Positions 59,710-64,000 of a DNA stretch of 64,000 nucleotides are shown here, piece by piece (position 1 is the stretch's first letter; each line of letters begins with the position of its first letter). The notes under the pieces were generated by a model. That model had not been told where the DNA came from, ran no database searches, and worked only from the letters and a program-made list of their open reading frames with translations. The translations under genes were made by a program, and so were the position numbers. The stretch covers positions 512,001 through 576,000 of the forward strand of contig CAVXJS010000021.1 in NCBI GenBank assembly GCA_963762145.1, given 5' to 3'. The DNA is from an uncultured Candidatus Rokubacteria bacterium. Lineage in GTDB: Bacteria; Methylomirabilota; Methylomirabilia; Rokubacteriales; CSP1-6.

Positions 59710-59994
59710 ATGAAGGAGAGCCGGATTCTTGCCATGGGTATGGCGCTGCTTTTCGCTGGCTGTGCATCTTCGTCACCGGATGCTGCCAAAGTCCGCGTCG
59801 TGAATGACGCGAAGCTCGTTAGCACCTGTCAGGTGCTCGGCACGGTGGCCGACAACGAGTTCGAGGACCTGCAAAAGAAGGCGGCTCGCCTGGGCGGGGA
59901 TGTTGCCCTCATGACACCAGAGCGCAAGGCGAAGGGCGGCTACTTCGGGCTCCAAGACTACATGACCGCTGACGTGTACAGGTGCCGTCGGTGA
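59710..59994 (+). CDS. Small lipoprotein (DUF4156/RcsF-like fold)
   Basis: RBS AGGAGG; lipobox LFAGC; CQVLGTV, KAARLGGD and ADVYRC. Confidence 0.75.
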   Translation: MKESRILAMGMALLFAGCASSSPDAAKVRVVNDAKLVSTCQVLGTVADNEFEDLQKKAARLGGDVALMTPERKAKGGYFGLQDYMTADVYRCRR

Positions 59995-60065
59995 TCTTCT
60001 CCCGATAGTCTGACACCAAGGGCGGTGAAGGAGTGCTGTCCCTCACCGCCCGAGGCGGCTGGGAG

Positions 60066-60353
60066 CTAGCGCCGCTGGTACGGGTTCGTGCCGAGAGTGT
60101 TCGGCTGCGTCCCGTAGAGCCCGGAACTTCTCGGCGACCGCGTTCCCGGCTGTCCCGTGTAGGGGTTCACGTTCCCCTGCGTGGACCAGTTGTTGAGGCG
60201 GTTGCCGTCTGTCGTGGAGCGCATGTGAGGCTGGACGTAGGTGCCATCTTGCCGCGTGTAGCCCCGGACGCGCGTGTCTCCCGCGATAGCGGTTCCGACG
60301 AGCGGCGCGAGGGTCAAAACGGCCAGAAGTGAAGCGAGGACAAGTCGCAGCAT
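60066..60353 (-). CDS. Small secreted protein of the VRGYTRxDGTYVxPH family
   Basis: Signal peptide AIA-G; VRGYTRQDGTYVQPHMRS...NNWSTQGNVNPYTGQPGT. Confidence 0.8.
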   Translation of the reverse strand: MLRLVLASLLAVLTLAPLVGTAIAGDTRVRGYTRQDGTYVQPHMRSTTDGNRLNNWSTQGNVNPYTGQPGTRSPRSSGLYGTQPNTLGTNPYQRR

Positions 60354-60569
60354 CTTTGCTGGACCTTCTGTCGGGTACTCGCACAGGACGATGGGGCTCT
60401 ACCCGTGGCGTCAGACTAGCAGGTCTAGGAGCAACGAATCGGCAAATCAGCCGTAGGCACGCTGTCTCCGAGGGTGCTCACTTGACGAGCCGCCCGGCTC
60501 GCCCTACGCTGCCGCCGATGCCGAACACGCCGCCCGTGCCTGTTCTCGCTCCCGCCGAGCAGACTTGAC

Positions 60570-60713
60570 ATGCCGGAACTGCTCGCCGCCCTCGACGCAT
60601 TCCTGCAGGAGCCCGCGGGCCGCATCACAATCGACGCGATCGTGACGATGCTGACGTGGCACGACGACAACCACCTGGACCAGTTGCGCCGGGCGCTGGA
60701 AGGGAAGGCCTGA
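60570..60713 (+). pseudogene. DinB C-terminal fragment in a 47-aa ORF
   Basis: GRITIDAIVTMLTWHDDNHLDQLRRALEGKA* aligns with GRMELAEWVASLAGHDDNHLEQLRRAVDGRP* of 27597-28148. Confidence 0.7.
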
Positions 60714-61167
60714 GAGCGTAGGAAACACTAGCACCCTCCGGCGGCGGTCGCCCCGTCCGTGGCCCCCGGCCCCGTGACGTAACCTCCCAGACTCGGACGC
60801 TGGCCGCCCCAGGAGCCGCTGCCACAGCCGGAATGTTCCTCGCCATTCCGATCATCACGGTAGTCAAAGTGCTAGTGGCGAGCAGCGCGAAAAACCTCAA
60901 AGCGTACAGGCTGGTCTGAAGAGATCACGCCTCAGGTTTCGACCAGAGCTACCGCGTAATGGTCGCTACGTCCAAGCATCGGATGGTGGAGGACAGTTAC
61001 ATTTAGGTGACAGGGCGCCGCTGCTGAGACCGCAAGCTTTAGTGGCCGAGGGTCGCTGCTGCTGCAAGACGCGCGGCATTTGCGTCCACTCCGAGCAGCG
61101 CGTTCGCCAGGGCCAGAGCGGTTGTATCGTCGCTTCTCGACGGAGCTGAGGTTTGCATGCGTGCCAA

Positions 61168-62571
61168 TCACCGCCTCGGCACCCGCCAGAAAGACCCCGC
61201 GATTTGTTCGAGGGGCCGGCCGGGCTCGTTAGGCCGCAGACCGTATCGCAGCATCGCAATGATGTCGGCGCTAACCTGCGGATTGGAAATGAAGTAGGAG
61301 TGGCCGAAGAAGTCTGTTGTCCCGCGGACCTGGATGATGTCGACTGCGCGCAACAAGGCGATCGCTTCGATCTGGTCAGCGCTGAACATCGTCGCGTCGA
61401 TCCGCCCGAGCCGGGCGATGCTGCCGAACAGCCAGCTCGCCGTCGCGAGCGCCGTGTCGTCGGGCGAAACGTAGAGGGTGACCCTGAGGCCAGGTGAAGG
61501 GGGGATGACGGCGCCCGGGTCCGCTTTCCCGCCGAACGGCAAGTCAGGGTCGGAGAAGACTTTGAAGATCTTGGTCAGCGCGACGTCGCCATCGAGGTCG
61601 GGAGCGACGAGGACAACATTGCCGATGCGAAACTCGCGATCCGGTGAGCTCTGGAGTGTGTAGGCTTCGGCGCTGAGCGAGGCCAGCGCCGATGCGAGAG
61701 TGTCCGTGCCGCGGCTATGCGCGATGAGGTGGATACGCTCCACGCCCGGCGTCCGGCCGACGATCCGGATCGCCTTCAACAGGTCCTCGACCGCGTATTC
61801 GGCCGACTCCCTGTCGACGACGTAACCGAAGAGTATGCCGCGCTGTCCGCCGGCGGGCCACGTGAAGATGCCGCACACGAAGTCCCGTCCCAGGAAATGG
61901 CACAGCTCGCCCATCGTCAGCGCTGCATCTTGAAGCTGCTGTGGTAGCCGTGCACGAACAGCACGACTTCCTTGCGGCGCGCGATGGCGAGCCGCCTCGC
62001 AATCTCGGCTTGCAGCTGCTGCTTCGCTTTTTCGTACGCCTCGACGACGGCGGGCACACGTCTTATGCCATCCGGAGCGACAGTGACTTCATACGGTATG
62101 GCCGGAAAGCGACCGAGCTCCGTGGTCGGCCCGAGCTTGAGCTGCAGTGGATTGACGCGTGGCGTTGCAGTGCTTTCCTTAACCAGCACGTCCCAGGAGA
62201 CGTCTTCGCCGAACTCGATCATCGCCGATCCGAACCCCATCGAACGCGATCGGCCCGCGGTGTACCGCAAGTCATCGGCTTGCTCTGCCGGTGCGCGATC
62301 GGTGATAAACAGCAGATCGAGAGACGGCCGGCGACTGTCGATCGACAACTCGGCGAAGAGCGGCCTCGCATTCTCCCCTGTGTAGAGCACCGGGGTCGGC
62401 ATCATCGTGTAGGTTCGTCGCGCAACCTGTCAGGACGAATGCGATGGCGGCGATGACGATGGCTGATCGCGCTCCGGGCGCAGGATAGTCGACATCAAGG
62501 CCGTCCCGCGGCGATCGCCTCGCCGGTGGGACGCCCCAGGCAGCCGTAGGAGCCACCGCCACAGCGTACAT
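61168..62571 (-). CDS. DUF900-type alpha/beta hydrolase lipoprotein; two frameshifts (about 62415 and 61930)
   Basis: Lipobox VLTGC; LLFITDR, LFVHGY, FTWPA, IAHSRG, VAPDLD and GHSYF over three frames. Confidence 0.75.
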
Positions 62572-62919
62572 TAGCAGCCTCCTCGCGCGCGCCGACCACG
62601 CCCGCCTGGCTGAGCGGCATCCTATGCCGGCACACTGCCGCCGTCAACCGGCAGGTGGCCCGGCCAGCTCAGCGCGGATGTCACCTCGCCGCGCAGGCAC
62701 GACGGCGTCCATCGCGCCCTCGAAGTGCCGATCAGGACTCGGGTGGCGCGGGGCCGGCCGCGCTCGTCGAGCCAGGTGGGGCGGGTTCATGGTCGGTGCC
62801 GGAGGCTACCACCGAGCAAGCACATGGCGCTACGCTGCCCCTACCCGGGTGCTACGGCCGCGCCCGGCCATCGCCCGAAGGGGATGAGCCGTGCTCTTGA
62901 GGCTGTCCCTTCGGCTCTT

Positions 62920-63555
62920 CTACGGCCCGTCTTGCTTCCGCTTCCGCTGCCTCCAGCGAGCCAGTCCCAAGCCTGCCGCCGCTGTGCCGAAGAGGAGAAG
63001 AGTGGCAGGCTCTGGGACGGCCGTGGGTGAATGCTCTCCGTGAAGAGTAAATTCCACGGGACCATCTAGTCCGGGGTTCCTATACGCGAGTGTGTAGTTG
63101 TCGAAGTGCGGCATATGAGGAACTGACGTTCCGAAGATCGGAGTCACCGCGTTATTCACGAGCAGTTGGTTTACCGCAAGGTTTGGGAACTCCGGCTCGC
63201 CGGATTGAGGGCTCACCATGTTGAAGCTTCCCTTGAACTGTGTCCCCTTGTCCAAGGTGTCCTGCTGGTCCCCCTTTACGAGATGCTGCCCTATGAAGTT
63301 GAAGAGAAACTGCGTGTGTTCTTGATTGAGAGGTCGGACCTGAACGCTGGAATCCCACTTAGGATGCTCAACACTTGGCCCGGTAAACGCTGGTTGGATC
63401 ACACGCTCCCAACTGAATTTCCATGTGAACTCCGTATCGCTCTCTGTGTAAGCAAGCGTGTTGATCGGAGCGGCGTGGGTGGGAGGAGTGCTGAGAGGAC
63501 CGAGTAGGACACTCAACACGGCAGTCAAGAGAATGTAACTGAGATGCATGCCCAT
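62920..63555 (-). CDS. PEP-CTERM sorting domain protein
   Basis: RBS AGGAGG; signal peptide; VPEPATLLLFGTAAAGLGLARWRQRKRK. Confidence 0.92.
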   Translation of the reverse strand: MGMHLSYILLTAVLSVLLGPLSTPPTHAAPINTLAYTESDTEFTWKFSWERVIQPAFTGPSVEHPKWDSSVQVRPLNQEHTQFLFNFIGQHLVKGDQQDTLDKGTQFKGSFNMVSPQSGEPEFPNLAVNQLLVNNAVTPIFGTSVPHMPHFDNYTLAYRNPGLDGPVEFTLHGEHSPTAVPEPATLLLFGTAAAGLGLARWRQRKRKQDGP

Positions 63556-63711
63556 ACCTCCTACCGTCCTTAGGACGCAAGACTCTCGGACCCGGGTTGT
63601 CGCAGACGGTGCTCAGGGGGCGACACACTGGCTGAACTCTATGCCCGCGCCGGATTTGGAAGTCAAGCAAGTCCGAACTCTAGCAGCCTGACCGTCGCTG
63701 TCCTCCGCGTG

Positions 63712-63952
63712 CTACTTCGCCTCGCCTTCCACCACGATCAGCCGCCATCGGCCGTCACGGCCCGGCACCGGGATTCCTTCGACCGGTGCCCGCACCACTC
63801 CACCGTTGCTCCACACCCTGAACGGCTCCCACTTGTACCACTTGAGCAGCTCAGGCGGGATGTGCGAATACCGGAATCTCCCGCCCACATGTCGGACATG
63901 GACGCTTGGCGTGAGGCTGGCCGCGCTCGTCAAGCCATGTGGGCGGGTTCAT
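63712..63952 (-). pseudogene. Frameshifted small Cys-containing protein
   Basis: MNPPTWLDERGQPHAKRPCPTCGREIPVF, then ELLKWYKWEPF, EWCGH and GIPVPGRDGRWRLIVV in shifting frames. Confidence 0.45.
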
Positions 63953-64000
63953 GGGCCATGGTAGCGGTCTCGACACACTCTCGTCTACACTCCCCCGCGA

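Noticed and set aside
63570-63605. GGACGCAA...GGGTTGTCG resembling a c-di-GMP-I riboswitch
   Set aside because: Wrong strand relative to the PEP-CTERM gene, and the GGCAAAC and GNRA elements are missing

Overview
High-GC bacterial chromosomal window. The CCCCTCACCCTGCCCTCTCCCC/GGGGAGAGGG intergenic repeats, the orphan PF04392-type ABC binding protein, many leaderless genes and small Cys-rich ORFs suggest Ca. Rokubacteria/Methylomirabilota (inference only). Bases 1-57.6 kb are densely coding and mostly catabolism/transport: an acyl-CoA dehydrogenase/enoyl-CoA hydratase/MetE-like operon with a Liv-type ABC transporter, a second MetE-like gene, a sigma54-driven FecR/Gly-repeat protein plus GAF hybrid kinase, a CoA-transferase/ECH/ACAD/HMG-CoA-lyase-like operon bracketed by two DUF169 genes, a sulfatase, a decayed MscS, Sir2, a membrane protein-wHTH-UppS paralogue-DUF4153 operon with a palindromic operator overlapping the uppS start codon, peptidases, 3-HAO, BenE, Dpp-type ABC and TRAP transporters, a GT-C-like protein and a HerA-like ATPase. 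Bases 57.7-64 kb are a visibly less GC-rich variable region of small, secreted or broken genes including a PEP-CTERM protein. Several single-base frameshifts look like assembly errors. No rRNA, tRNA, CRISPR array, integrase or transposase was seen. All family calls are from motif recognition by eye, without database searches.
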